Shown here one piece after another: positions 27,001-41,900 of a stretch of DNA of 64,000 nt. The notes beneath the pieces are model-generated. The model had not been told where the DNA came from, made no database searches, and saw only the letters and a list, made by a program, of their open reading frames with translations. Positions within the stretch are counted from its first letter, which is position 1. Every line of letters starts with the position of its first letter. The translations under genes and the position numbers were made by a program. Source of the DNA: Octopus sinensis. Its lineage: Eukaryota. The stretch lies in contig NC_043000.1 of the NCBI RefSeq assembly GCF_006345805.1, positions 58,900,001 through 58,964,000 of the forward strand, in the 5' to 3' direction.

Positions 27001-28619
27001 AAATATATATATATATTATGAAAAAAGGCCTATAACTTAAGTACCTTTGTTGAATGGTCTTCTTGATCAGGACTGAGCTTTCTAGGAAAACTTAATTCTA
27101 CTTGCCTTATGAAATTTAAGATTAGCTTTGGCTTAGTTAGTAAGAGGATGGGGTGAGTTAGATGTGTTAGTAAGCCATGATTAGAAGAAATACTGAACAT
27201 TTTGGGTGGAGTCTTTGATGAAGGGTTCTGTCTAAAACATTAGATATTTCCTTTCATTTAATCTCATTAACAAATATATTCTTCTGTTTAGCTACCAAAG
27301 ACATATCCTTGGTTTCTGGTTGAGCAGTGCCCTATAATGTATCCCAAATTGAAAAATACTTATAAGAACTGGTACTTAGCTCCTCTGTTAAAAGCAAAAG
27401 ATAAATCTCTTGCAAAATGGTTTTTCTACTACTTGCAACATTCTCTGAAAATCCAGTACATATTCCTTCAGAACAAGAGCCACGTGAACTAAAACTCAAC
27501 CTTACAAATGCATTTAGTCAATAGTCCAATAACTAATCTACTTGGCCTTTTCATCTTTTCAAACATCTTAGCCAGAATAAACAACAGATCCACTACATTG
27601 ATCAACATAAAGAAATTACATCTGGCCAACAAGGAAGGACTCATTTGGATAATAATGTAATCTGAATTACAGTTGTGTAGAAAACAGATGGGAGTTTGGG
27701 ACAACAATAAGGTTCTTTCTTTATCTACTTAACATTATTGAATATGAAGCTGAACTACTGCGTGCTTAACTTTAATGGGATGATAGATGAACTTGTTTTT
27801 GATGATCTTGAAACTATAAGATCCTGAGTTCTGTCACTTGCCCCATCACAACCTCTCAAGTTATATTCACAAACTAGGACCAACATATTGAAGCCAATCT
27901 TTTTTTTTTATATTTTTTGTTTGTTTTTTTTTAGCATTGATCTAAATTCATTTATTAATAAATTCTAAAAACTTAGATAAATCTTTGGTGATCAGTTAAT
28001 CATATTGAGATAAACACTAAAATGATGACTCTATTCAAAGTTCATAGTTCAGCTTATCTTAAATTATATAAAAACACATATTTTTAGAGTCCAGTTTATT
28101 GCTTTTTGATAACATTATTTATTGTTGTTGGCAGAATCAGTAACACGAGATAAAATATCATGCGGTATTTAGTTACATTGTTTTATGTTCCAAATTCAAA
28201 TCTTGGCCAAGTCAACTTAGCCTTTCATCTTTACAAGTTAATAAATACTAGTCATTTACTAGGGTTGATATAATTGCCCCAAAATTTGTGATAATTTACC
28301 TATGTTGGAAAACAGACTTTGAGAAATTGGTAAAAGAGTTTGTTTTTTCAATTAAATCTTTCAGTATTATAAAGAATTACAGTTGGCCTTATGTATTAAG
28401 TGGAAGCTTACTGAACAAAACATTACAGTATTAGTATCTTATCCCTAGTACCATAATTCTATGTCTGTACCATATGTCTACTGCAAAGTCTCTTCATGCT
28501 TGGTGGTTCACTTTAGCAATGGTAAGTATGTGAAGTCAAAGGAAAACTATTTCTGTATATATTGACCCTTTTGGAGATGACAAAGGACCAAGATATCTGG
28601 CACTTTGCTGTACTCAAGA

Positions 28620-28921
28620 AGACTCATCCTGCACAGTAGAAATGTTAATGCTGCCACTCCAGTGAAGAGGATTGACCTACAAGAGCCTTGTGCCAGTGCC
28701 ACATAAAAAGTACTTGTGCTACTGCCACATATAAGCACTTATGCTAGTGCCACAATAAAAGCACCCAGCATGCACAGTAAAGTAGCTGGCATTAGGAAAG
28801 ACATCCAGTCATAGAAACCAAGCCAGATCAGACTGGAACCTGGTGCAGCTCTCCAATGGCTTGCCAGCTCTGATCAAACCATCCAACCCATGCCAGCATG
28901 GAAAAGGATGATGATGATGAG
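28620..28921 (+). mobile_element. Degenerate RTE 3' tail with (GAT)n
   Basis: ccatccaacccatgccagcatggaaaaggatgatgatgatga. Confidence 0.65.
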
Positions 28922-30073
28922 CCACCACCACCACATCTTTAAAGATCAATAATTATGATAAAATAAATAGTTAATTTAATCCTAAAACTTTTGAAATCTT
29001 ACAATGCTATGCATTATAGATTTAAAGGTAAGCTTCCAGCAAGCCAAGTGCAACACTGTTTAACTCTTTAGCATTCAGATTATTCTGTCAAATGTAATGC
29101 CTATTTATTCATGAAGCCAGATTTGTCCAGTTTGAACCTAAATCATGTAGAATATTTGAGCCAGATATGGCTGGTTTTAATGTTAACAGGCTAAATCCAC
29201 AGTTGGAGCCATTTCACTTGATTTGTGTTGCTATTGCACTTAGGAGAGACATCTTCTTCACAATATCATGTTTCTTCTACTCCTCAAATACAAGTTCTTG
29301 GTTCCTATTCAAAATTAAATCAATATTTAAATCAGTATGTGTAGCATTTTAAATTAGCATTAATAAAATAGAGATAAGAAAGGTTCCATCTGAATAATTT
29401 ACCCAAATATGCAGTGCACCTACAACCAAATGAGTTGTGGGACTTACTAATACCAAATAGATTAGGTGAAACTTCCTTACAGAAAGAAACATCTTGAAAT
29501 AAAGTTATTGCATTGTTTTGGGAGTATATTTTGATTATTAGTTTATATATATATATATATATATAGTTGCCTAATTGAATTTGTAGTGTAATATGAACTT
29601 GAAGAATATTGACTAATATTAAAGGGATATTAGCTAACTTTTTAACATAGATTAAACTCATAACATTAAAATGACAGTTAAGTGATCCAGCTCTATCATA
29701 AACTAATCAAGCATTTATTACTCAACTTCAGACTGCATTAGGTTTCTCTGCTAAAATTTGCATTGTATGATGTAGTAATAAATCTTTGTACAGAGAATAC
29801 ATCGTTTCACCTGAAGCTATCCTAAGGCATGAGCACACAGGCCAGTTACCTGCAGACCCAATGCTAATGTGTATGCTGCTGTTATGTACATAGCAGCCAC
29901 AGTACATTGCTTTGTCCAGATGCCTGACCTGAACTTAAGATAAGTGATTAGAGTCCATTGGTTAATAAAGATTTTAAAAAGAAAATTATTTAGTAATTTT
30001 TATTGTTTACAATTTCAAGTAAAATGTTTTTATGGAAATTGTTTCATTCATTCATTCATACATACATACATAC

Positions 30074-30420
30074 AGGCATAGCTGTGTGGTAAGAAGCTTG
30101 CTTCCCAACCACATGGTTCTGGGTTCAGTCCTACTGCATGGCACTTTGGGCAAGTGTCACCAACTAAAGCCTTGAGAGTGAATTTGGTAGATGGAAACTG
30201 AAAGAGTTTCGTCATATATATATGTAAATGTTTGTTCTTTGTTTGTCACACACCCCCCACCATCGCTTAACAACCGATGTTAGTGTGTTTACGTCCCCGT
30301 AACTTAGCGGTTTGGCAAAGCAACCAATAGAATAAGTCTTGGGGTCAATTTGTTCAACTGAAGGCGGTGCTCCGGCATGGCTGCAGTCAAATGACTGAAA
30401 AAAGTAAAAGAATAAAAAAT
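30074..30420 (+). mobile_element. tRNA-derived SINE
   Basis: ggcatagctgtgtggtaagaagcttgcttcccaaccacatggttctgggttcagtcc (A/B boxes); family also at ~31925-32340 and, on the minus strand, ~53515-53775. Confidence 0.75.
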
Positions 30421-31355
30421 ACATATAAACAAACGAACAAAGTATAGTGTTCTGTTTTTGCTTTTTTTTTCCATTTTATTTAGAAGTTTTCCTATCCTTA
30501 CTTTAGCCAGGTCTCTGATTTGTATGTTTTCTTTAATATCCAAAGTTGTCTCCCTTACTTGCCAAAATAAATTATGTAGAATTAATCATTGACTGTATCG
30601 CTTTTTCCTCACTGATTATGTTTTTAATCAGCTTTTTTTAATGTTGCTTGCATTAAATATGTCATCTACGACTTGACTACTGTCTTATATGGTTGGCGTC
30701 TCTCTGTATATATTCTTTACATAAAGTAAGCAAATAACTCATAAATCAAGTCATCTTGCTTTTTATTGTATGCTTACTAAAACATTTTCAGTGTATCCTG
30801 GCCAAATGATACAACCCAAAATTACTGCTAAATTTCAATACATGTAATAAGCATGAACCTTTTAGGGACTAAATAAGAATATTTGATCCCAAATCGTTAA
30901 TAATGCAGAAGTAATTAACCAGATGCACTTTATAAAATTCTCCAATATGTGGTACAAATAAAGAACTGTTGTCATTGTCTTCCTTGTGTTATGTTTCAGC
31001 AACACATTTCATGGTATAAATATTCACTGAAACTTAAGTGTGCCTTACTTCTCACTTTCATTATATTTGGACACTTCTTGGTATTTTATTACAATTTGTT
31101 CTACAATTGGTGTCCTCAGAATTTTCATTATGATATTCAAAACTGGTTCTGATACATGCAAAATTATTAAAGCATCTGAAATATTGTAATTTAACATTTT
31201 CAAACCTGAATACTTTTTCCCACAGAATAAAGCACTTCTGAATAAACTTGCTATTTATTTTCTCCAGATGCAGACAACAAACTGTATTACTGTAAAAATT
31301 TAACATTATACTAAATTCGTTAGTTATTAAAGACAGATTTCATTTGGCTGTTTAA

Positions 31356-31576
31356 CCCTTTAACATTTAAACTGGCCATATCAGGCCCAAACATTCTCCC
31401 TGTTTTAGGTCCAAGTTGACCAGATCCAGCCTCTCACACTTATTCCACAATGTTATTCTAAAAATAAACAATCACATCATCAAAATCTTGAAGTTACAAG
31501 ATAGTGCTGTATTAAAAATGATTAAAAGTGATTAAATAAGCATTACATTTGACAGAATAATCTGAATACAAAAAGG
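31356..31576. mobile_element. piggyBac-type MITE with TTAA target duplication
   Basis: TTAA|ccctttaacatt ... aatacaaaaagg|TTAA; a degenerate inverted relative lies at ~29064-29193. Confidence 0.6.
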
Positions 31577-33305
31577 TTAAGGATTTTGCTTACCAAACTT
31601 TCACAATAAAAAGTGTTCAAATTTTGTGTGATTCCTATAATGATTGACTTCATCAAATTAATGTTATTGGCTGTTTGAAATTCTAGATTGTTGTTTCTTA
31701 AATAATATTAATGAGGATTATCACATAATTGTCAAAAAGCATATGTACTGTTCTTGATTCCACATTAAGTCCAAAATCTTAACTTATTAACCATAATTAA
31801 TGCAAAATGGGTACATTTCCCAATCTACACTATAAAGCATTTGAGTTAGTACTTTCCTCAATACCCAATGACTTTCATTTATCAGTTCCAAGCATTTTTT
31901 AACAGTTATTTTAACCATACAAGTGTAGGCCTGGCTGTATTGTTTAAAAAAGTTCACTTCAGGTTCAGTGTCATTGCATAACTTTTGGGGCAAGTGTCTT
32001 CTGTTGTAGCCCCAGGCCAACCAGAGTCTTGTGAGTGGATTTGGTTGACAAAAACTGAAAAACCCATCGTTTGTATGTATGTATTCACACATGTGTACAC
32101 GTGTATGTATGGGTCTGGGTTTGTTTACCTTTGCACTTCTCGAAAAACCATGAACTACAAGCAGTGATGATGTCATTTCCCCTATCAGTGAATCATATAC
32201 TGGGCTTTGTATCTTTGAAGATATAAGAGATCCCTTACTCGAAAAACAGGTATAGGTTAATGACAGGAAATTTATACAGCTGTACAACAATGCTTCAATA
32301 ATATATTCATCTAACCTATGTTAACATTGCAAATTAGATGTAAAAACTAATTTTGAAGAATACTTTTATTAACAAGCACAGAACTTGTTTTGTACTTGTA
32401 GCTCATAGAACCATTCTGTGTATTCAGTAACACTGGCTTATTTCATCTGCATTATTCAATTCATTTACATACAATTATTGAGGCAAAACAAGACAGTTTG
32501 TGGATTTCCATTATTCCCTATTTATAACATCAACACTGTCCTTCTCAATGTGTGCTGTCTTGTATTTCATGTTGTGCCAAATTTTCAAGACAACCAGCAT
32601 CTGTTGATTTGAAATTCTTATGACCTGACATTTTAGCACACTCTTCGGACTCGTGTGTCAATGTTGAACAAGTGGCAAATACACTTCATTAAATTACACT
32701 AGTGAACCACTGTAGGCAGTTTCTGTGATGTCTAGTTATTTGCCTTTATACTTTTCCCCCAGTTTCTTCATTGAATTTCTTGCAGTGTTCATTACAGATT
32801 ATTTTGCTGATACATTACATATTTACTTTTAAACGTTGGCACTCTAATTATCTCCAGTCGCCAAGTGATTGGCTTTTTAATATGGCCAATTAAAGCACTT
32901 ACCACAGTTAATATCAAATATCTTCATGGCAGAAGTTAAAACAAAAAAAAAATCAAAAACAAAAGAAATACCAAAAGTAAAAGATGCTTACACTTTTCTA
33001 TCTGAATGCATTAATTTATTAGTGAGTCAGTTCATGTGGCACATGTGTGTGCTTATTGCTATTGGAAGGGGATTTGGCTGCAGTTGCTAGTGCTCAAGCA
33101 AATTGTGTTGGTACATGCTAGTTAGGATAACTAGTACACCATTTAACAGTTATTGTGTATATAATTGGTGCTTACTTTTAAAGACTGCTACCAATTAGTT
33201 TGGAAAAGAAATTTTAAATAAGTTTTTACATTAAATTTAGAAAGTATTTTTTAATATGTAATTCTTTTTACTAATTCATTTGTTCTTTAAATTTTACAAC
33301 TTTAG

Positions 33306-33363
33306 TTTGAAAAACCTAGAAATCGTGAAGACTTTGACTATCCAGATATGGCTTTTGAAGCAG
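33306..33363 (+). CDS. SCP2: SCP2 exon 2 (FEKPRNREDFDYPDMAFEA-G)
   Basis: tttag| acceptor, CAG|gtat donor, 58 nt; DYPD motif of SCPx. Confidence 0.93.
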
Positions 33364-33878
33364 GTATATGGCTTTTCTTGACATCAGTAAAGATCAGTTT
33401 AAAGATACTAATATATTCATCATCATCATTGTTTTAACAGCCACTATAATGATATTAATTTTATTAATCCTTATAACTAACATTTAACAGTTTTCTATCA
33501 TCTCAGCTCAATACTGAAGTTCAAAAAATTATTAACCACAAATCTATTTTGGGGCAAGACTAAAAATATTCTTAGAATGGATTAATTCATATTCTCTGTG
33601 GAATATTACAGAATTTTTATGCTACATTTATCAAACCTTTATAATCTAATTAGAGAACATACATATTGCTTCAGCATTGAGTTTGAATGAAATCAAACAA
33701 TTCAATTTGTAATTTTTCAGTCATCAGACCTACATGCATTCTCTTAATTTTTCATTTCTAAAATAATTTTAGAACTATCAAATGGTGTTAAAATTAAACA
33801 TATTGAAATATAATATTTTACTTTTTTGTATATAATACTTGAGTAATTCACTGAATTTTTATTTTTGTTGCTGTCAAG

Positions 33879-33950
33879 GTACCAAAGCTCTACATGATGC
33901 AAGTATATCCTTTGAAGATATTGAACACGCAGTTGTTGGCTATGTTTATG
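33879..33950 (+). CDS. SCP2: SCP2 exon 3 (GTKALHDASISFEDIEHAVVGYVY-G)
   Basis: aag| acceptor, |gtaaat donor, 72 nt, frame continuous with exon 2. Confidence 0.93.
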
Positions 33951-35921
33951 GTAAATCAATCACTTCACTGAAATATTAAAATCATTTTAATCTTTTTTTT
34001 TTTTTTCATGTTGTCTTTAATCTTTTCTGAAAATAATTATGATAAAACAAATTTGAGCTTGTATTTTCCAAAACCTTAAAATATTGTGTCTACGGCAATG
34101 AGTCTGATATGACCAATTTTGTACCAGTGTTTTGAGTTGAAATCCTTTTGTGAGTTAATAAATACCACCAGGATACTAAGTCAGCCAACTAAAACTCATT
34201 TCTTACAGACTGGCCAGTACCAAATCAAAGCATACAAACTAAAGAAAAGTGCAATATAAAAGGTTCTCTACTTATCATCTAGTTTCTTTAAGAGATACTT
34301 TTTGGGCAGGTATATAAATTTTAGCCAAGGTTTCAGATCCGTCCCATTAGTTTATTAGTTCAAATCCTTTCTCAGACATTCTGATATATAATTAAGAAAG
34401 TTACTGTTTACCCCATAATTTAGGAAATTGGTAGGAGTATTGCTTTACTATAAAATTATCAGGTTGTTATGACAAACAAATCTTAGAAAAAGAGTTGTTA
34501 AAAGAAAAATTCCTGGGAAAGTAACCATGTTGTCAATCGTAATTATTGATAATATGACTAGTTTATAAAGAAAAACAGCAATAACTGCACAGACAACTCA
34601 CTCAAGTTTGTAGTTGTGAAGAACAATGACTTTTCACATTGATACAAGGCCATATATTTGTAAAGGAAATGCAATGTTTACTCTGCAAGATTTGAATTCA
34701 GAACATGCAGGAATAAAACCAAATAATGTAGAGTATTTAGTCTGGCACTCTTCTATGTCAGTTACCTAATTATAATGATTTCTTATATTGGTACAAGGCT
34801 ACAAATTTGTAGAGGAGTATAATTGATTGAATCATCTCTAGGAGATGTTAGATACTTATTTTACTGAGCCCCACTCAAGAATAAAGAATATTATTTCATA
34901 ATATAGAAGAGAAAAAAATAAATACCTCAAGGCATTAAAGCTTGGCTCTGCAATGTTTCTACCACTCTCTTAACTTTGCAGTAAAGAATAATTAATATTT
35001 TCATTTTCAAGTAAGGAATGACAAGTGTTAATGAAATAGATATTATTCTGGGATAGAGAAAAGTGAACTAAATTTGTGAATTAGTTTTCAGTGCAGATTT
35101 ATAAATAAAAGTCACCTGCTTTTGAAAAGCATAACTGCTAATCCTAAATTCCACAGCTGTCTATTAAGACATTTATCTCCCTTGGTAGGAGTACTGGGTT
35201 TTTACATGTGCCTTCTCCGCAATCCAGCATTATAAACTTACAAAACTCATCGGTTATGATATTCTCACTCCTTACAGAGTGTACTAAAATCACCTGTGAT
35301 GTGCAGTTTGAATGAAGTAACCTGAGACAGTAAAAGCTAAGTGTCTTTACCATTGACTCAGTGTATGAATAAATCTGAAATAGGAGTTATGACCCTTCCA
35401 CCAGCACATGTATCCTCTATCTATTAATAAACAAAAACATTTGTGTTTGCTATCAGCTGTGATAATGCTTTAGATTTTCTTAATCTGCTTATTCTCCTGT
35501 TTAACATTTACCAATGTTCAAACTGAAGAATGGGCTCCTCTTATCTTCAATAATGATCAAATGAATATATATTGGATCATCATCATTGTTTAACATCCTC
35601 TTTCCATGCTAGTATGGATTGGATGGTTTGACTGAGGACTGGCAAGCCAGGAGGCTGCACCAGGCTCCAATCTGATCTGGCAAGGTTCCTACTTCATGTG
35701 GCAAGATATTAAAATATGAGGTAGGGGAATATGAATGGAGCTAATTTCTATAGGGTGGGGTGGGGGTCCAGAGGTAATGTCTTCATGTTGGGAGAAGCAA
35801 GTGGTTAACAGAACTGAGAGAGGCTGGCCAAAGACAAAACATGAGGAAATCAAATTGATATTAATTGTATGTGAATTAAAAGGAAAATGTTTCAGCTTTG
35901 TTTTTTTTTTTTTATATATAT

Positions 35922-38900
35922 CGTGCTGTGGGCACATAACAAACACCATCCGATCATGGCCGTTCGCCAGCCTCATCTAGCACCTGTGTCGGTGGCACAT
36001 AAAAACCATCCGAAGACCCGGCAAGACTAGTCAGGCCATAACCCATGGCCCCTACCTGGGACGTAGTCAGTCCACCTGTGCATACCTTCCTCCTTGTGAT
36101 ACTTGTGAAGGCCTGTTGAGGCAAGTGAAAATCAAAATCAAATCAAAATAGATGAACATCAATGGAATTTGTATCTTTGTGGTACCAGTGCCGGTGGCAC
36201 ACAAGAAATCCATCCGAACGTGGCCGTAGTCAGTACCGCATCGACTGGCCATCGTGCTGTGGGCACATAACAAACACCATCCGATCGTGGCCGTTCGCCA
36301 GCCTCATCTAGCACCTGTGTCGGTGGCACATAAAAACACCATCCGAAGACCCGGCAAGACTAGTCAGGCCATATCCCATGGCCCCTACCTGGGACGTAGT
36401 CAGTCCACCTGTGCATACCTTCCTCCTTGTGATACTTGTGAAGGCCTGTTGAGGCAAGTGAAAATCAAAATGAAATCAAATCAAATCAAATCAAAACAAA
36501 TCAAAATAGATGAACATTAATGGAATTGTATCTTTGTGGTACCAGTGCCGGTGGCACACAAGAAGACCATCCGAACGTGGCCGTAGCCAGTACCGCACCG
36601 ACTGGCCTCCGTGCTGTGGGCACATGACAAACACCATCCGATCGTGGCCGTTCGCCAGCCTCATCTAGCACCTGTGTCGGTGGCACATAAAAACACCATC
36701 CGAAAACCCGGCAAGACTAGTCAGGCCATAACCCATGGCCCCTACCTGGGACGTAGTCAGTCCACCTGTGCATACCTTCCTTCTTGTGACACTTGTGAAG
36801 ACCTGTTGAGGCAAGTAAATCAAAACAAATCAAAATAGATGAACATCAATGGAATCTGTATCTTTGTGGTACCAGTGACGGTGGCACAACTTTGTGGTAC
36901 CAGTGCCGGTGGCACACAAGAGAACCATCCGAACGTGGCCGTAGCCAGTTTCGCATCGACCGGCCTCCGTGCTGTGGGCACGTAACAAACACCATCCGAT
37001 CATGGCCGTTCGCCAGCCTCATCTGGCACCTGTGTCGGTGGCACATAAAAACACCTTCGAAGACCCGGCAAGACTAGTCAGTCCACCTGTGCATACCTTC
37101 CTTCTTGTGACACTTGTGAAGACCTGTTGAGGCAAGTGAAAATCAAATCAAATCAAAATAGATGAACATCAATGGAATTTGTATCTTTGTGGTACCAGTG
37201 CCTGTGGCACACAAGAAATCCATCCGAACGTGGCCGTAGTCAGTACCGCATCGACTGGCCATCGTGCTGTGGGCACATAACAAACACCATCCGATCGTGG
37301 CCGTTCGCCAGCCTCATCTAGCACCTGTGTCGGTGGCACATAAAAACACCATCCGAAGACCCGGCAAGACTAGTCAGGCCATATCCCATGGCCCCTACCT
37401 GGGACGTAGTCAGTCCACCTGTGCATACCTTCCTCCTTGTGATGCTTGTGAAGGCCTGTTGAGGCAAGTGAAAATCAAAATGAAATCAAATCAAATCAAA
37501 TCAAAACAAATCAAAATAGATGAACATTAATGGAATTGTATCTTTGTGGTACCAGTGCCGGTGGCACACAAGAAAACCATCCGAACGTGGCCGTAGCCAG
37601 TACCGCACCGACTGGCCTCCGTGCTGTGGGCACGTAACAAACACCATCCGATCGTGGCCGTTCGCCAGCCTCATCTGGCACCTGTGTCGGTGGCACATAA
37701 AAACACCTTCCGAAGACCCGGCAAGACTAGTCAGTCCACCTGTGCATACCTTCCTTCTTGTGACACTTGTGAAGACCTGTTGAGGCAAGTGAAAATCAAA
37801 TCAAATCAAAATAGATGAACATCAATGGAATTTGTATCTTTGTGGTACCAGTGCCTGTGGCACACAAGAGAAAACCATCCGAACGTGGCCGTAGTCAGTA
37901 CCGCATCGACTGGCCATCGTGCTGTGGGCACATAACAAACACCATCCGATCGTGGCCGTTCGCCAGCCTCATCTAGCACCTGTGTCAGTGGCACATAAAA
38001 ACACCATCCGAAGACCCGGCAAGACTAGTCAGGCCATATCCCATGGCCCCTACCTGGGACGTAGTCAGTCCACCTGTGCATACCTTCCTCCTTGTGATAC
38101 TTGTGAAGGCCTGTTGAGGCAAGTGAAAATCAAAATGAAATCAAATCAAATCAAATCAAAACAAATCAAAATAGATGAACATTAATGGAATTGTATCTTT
38201 GTGGTACCAGTGCCGGTGGCACACAGAAAACCATCCGAACGTGGCCGTAGCCAGTACCGCACCGACTGGCCTCCGTGCTGTGGGCACGTAACAAAACCAT
38301 CCGATCGTGGCCGTTCGCCAGCCTCATCTAGCACCTGTGTCGGTGGCACATAAAAACACCATCCGAAAACCCGGCAAGACTAGTCAGGCCATAACCCATG
38401 GCCCCTACCTGGGACGTAGTCAGTCCACCTGTGCATACCTTCCTTCTTGTGACACTTGTGAAGACCTGTTGAGGCATGAAAAATCAAAACAAATCAAAAT
38501 AGATGAACATCAATGGAATCTGTATCTTTGTGGTACCAGTGACGGTGGCACACACTTTGTGGTACCATGCCGGTGGCACACAAGAGAACCATCCGAACGT
38601 GGCCGTAGCCAGTTTCGCATCGACCGGCCTCCGTGCTGTGGGCACGTAACAAACACCATCCGATCATGGCCGTTCGCCAGCCTCATCTGGCACCTGTGTC
38701 GGTGGCACATAAAAACACCTTCCGAAGACCCGGCAAGACTAGTCAGGCCATATCCCATGGCCCCTACCTGGGACGTAGTCAGTCCACCTGTGCATACCTT
38801 CCTTCTTGTGACACTTGTGAAGACCTGTTGAGGCAAGTGAAAATCAAATCAAATCAAAATAGATGAACATCAATGGAATTTGTATCTTTGTGGTACCAGT

Positions 38901-41900
38901 GCCCGTGGTACCAGTGCCTGTGGCACACAAGAAATCCATCCGAACGTGGCCGTAGTCAGTACCGCATCGACTGGCCATCGTGCTGTGGGCACATAACAAA
39001 CACCATCCGATCGTGGCCGTTCGCCAGCCTCATCTAGCACCTGTGTCGGTGGCACATAAAAACACCATCCGAAAACCCGGCAAGACTAGTCAGGCCATAA
39101 CCCATGGCCCCTACCTGGGACGTAGTCAGTCCACCTGTGCATACCTTCCTTCTTGTGACACTTGTGAAGACCTGTTGAGGCAAGTGAAAATCAAAAAAAT
39201 CAAAATAGATGAACATCAATGGAATCTGTATCTTTGTGGTACCAGTGACGGTGGCACACACTTTGTGGTACCAGTGCCGGTGGCACACAGAGAACCATCC
39301 GAACGTGGCCGTAGCCAGTTTCGCATCGACCGGCCTCCGTGCTTGGGCACGTAACAAACACCATCCGATCATGGCCGTTCGCCAGCCTCATCTGGCACCT
39401 GTGTCGTGGCACATAAAAACACCTTCCGAAGACCCGGCAAGACTAGTCAGTCCACCTGTGCATACCTTCCTTCTTGTGACACTTGTGAAGACCTGTTGAG
39501 GCAAGTGAAAATCAAATCAAATCAAAATAGATGAACATCAATGGAATTTGTATCTTTGTGTACCAGTGCCTGTGGCACACAAGAAATCCATCCGAACGTG
39601 GCCGTAGTCAGTACCGCATCGACTGGCCATCGTGCTGTGGGCACATAACAAACACCATCCGATCGTGGCCGTTCGCCAGCCTCATCTAGCACCTGTGTCG
39701 GTGGCACATAAAAACACCATCCGAAGACCCGGCAAGACTAGTCAGGCCATATCCCATGGCCCCTACCTGGGACGTAGTCAGTCCACCTGTGCATACCTTC
39801 CTCCTTGTGATGCTTGTGAAGGCCTGTTGAGGCAAGTGAAAATCAAAATGAAATCAAATCAAATCAAATCAAAACAAATCAAAATAGATGAACATTAATG
39901 GAATTGTATCTTTGTGGTACCAGTGCCGGTGGCACACAAGAAAACCATCCGAACGTGGCCGTAGCCAGTACCGCACCGACTGGCCTCCGTGCTGTGGGCA
40001 CGTAACAAACACCATCCGATCGTGGCCGTTCGCCAGCCTCATCTAGCACCTGTGTCGGTGGCACATAAAAACACCATCCGAAAACCCGGCAAGACTAGTC
40101 AGGCCATAACCCATGGCCCCTACCTGGGACGTAGTCAGTCCACCTGTGCATACCTTCCTTCTTGTGACACTTGTGAAGACCTGTTGAGGCAAGTGAAAAT
40201 CAAAACAAATCAAAATAGATGAACATCAATGGAATCTGTATCTTTGTGGTACCAGTGACGGTGGCACACACTTTGTGGTACCAGTGCCGGTGGCACACAA
40301 GAGAACCATCCGAACGTGGCCGTAGCCAGTTTCGCATCGACCGGCCTCCGTGCTGTGGGCACGTAACAAACACCATCCGATCATGGCCGTTCGCCAGCCT
40401 CATCTGGCACCTGTGTCGGTGGCACATAAAAACACCTTCCGAAGACCCGGCAAGACTAGTCAGGCCATATCCCATGGCCCCTACCTGGGACGTAGTCAGT
40501 CCACCTGTGCATACTTCCTTCTTGTGACATGTGAAGACCTGTTGAGGCAAGTGAAAATCAAATCAAATCAAAATAGATGACATCAATGGAATTTGTATCT
40601 TTGTGGTACCAGTGCCCGTGGTACCAGTGCCTGTGGCACACAAGAAATCCATCCGAACGTGGCCGTAGTCAGTACCGCATCGACTGGCCATCGTGCTGTG
40701 GGCACATAACAAACACCATCCGATCGTGGCCGTTCGCCAGCCTCATCTAGCACCTGTGTCGGTGGCACATAAAAACACCATCCGAAGACCCGGCAAGACT
40801 AGTCAGGCCATATCCCATGGCCCCTACCTGGGACGTAGTCAGTCCACCTGTGCATACCTTCCTCCTTGTGATACTTGTGAAGGCCTGTTGAGGCAAGTGA
40901 AAATCAAAATGAAATCAAATCAAATCAAATCAAAACAAATCAAAATAGATGAACATTAATGGAATTGTATCTTTGTGGTACCAGTGCCGGTGGCACACAA
41001 GAAGACCATCCGAACGTGGCCGTAGCCAGTACCACACCGACTGGCCTCCGTGCTGTGGGCACGTAACAAACGCCATCCGATCGTGGCCGTTCGCCAGCCT
41101 CATCTGGCACCTGTGTCGGTGGCACATAAAAACACCTTCCGAAGACCCGGCAAGACTAGTCAGTCCACCTGTGCATACCTTCCTTCTTGTGACACTTGTG
41201 AAGACCTGTTGAGGCAAGTGAAAATCAAATCAAATCAAAATAGATGAACATCAATGGAATTTGTATCTTTGTGGTACCAGTGCCTGTGGCACACAAGAGA
41301 AAACCATCTGAACGTGGCCGTAGTCAGTACCGCATCGACTGGCCATCGTGCTGTGGGCACATAACAAACACCATCCGATCGTGGCCGTTCGCCAGCCTCA
41401 TCTAGCACCTGTGTCGGTGGCACATAAAAACACCATCCGAAGACCCGGCAAGACTAGTCAGGCCATATCCCATGGCCCCTACCTGGGACGTAGTCAGTCC
41501 ACCTGTGCATACCTTCCTCCTTGTGATACTTGTGAAGGCCTGTTGAGGCAAGTGAAAATCAAAATGAAATCAAATCAAATCAAATCAAAACAAATCAAAA
41601 TAGATGAACATTAATGGAATTGTATCTTTGTGGTACCAGTGCCGGTGGCACACAAGAAAACCATCCGAACATGGCCGTAGCCAGTACCGCACCGACTGGC
41701 CTCCGTGCTGTGGGCACGTAACAAACACCATCCGATCGTGGCCGTTCGCCAGCCTCATCTGGCACCTGTGTCGGTGGCACATAAAAACACCATCCGAGCG
41801 TGGCCGTCTGCCAGCCCCGTCTGGCACCTGTGTCGGTGGCACATAAAAAACACCATCCGAGCGTGGCCGTTTGCCAGCCTCGTCTGGCACCTGTGTCGGT

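Noticed and set aside
36285-36320. Hammerhead-like motif in the satellite unit (minus strand (C/U)AGAUGAG-GCUGGC-GAAC)
   Set aside because: U4 and the GAAA are not conserved and no stems I-III can be drawn
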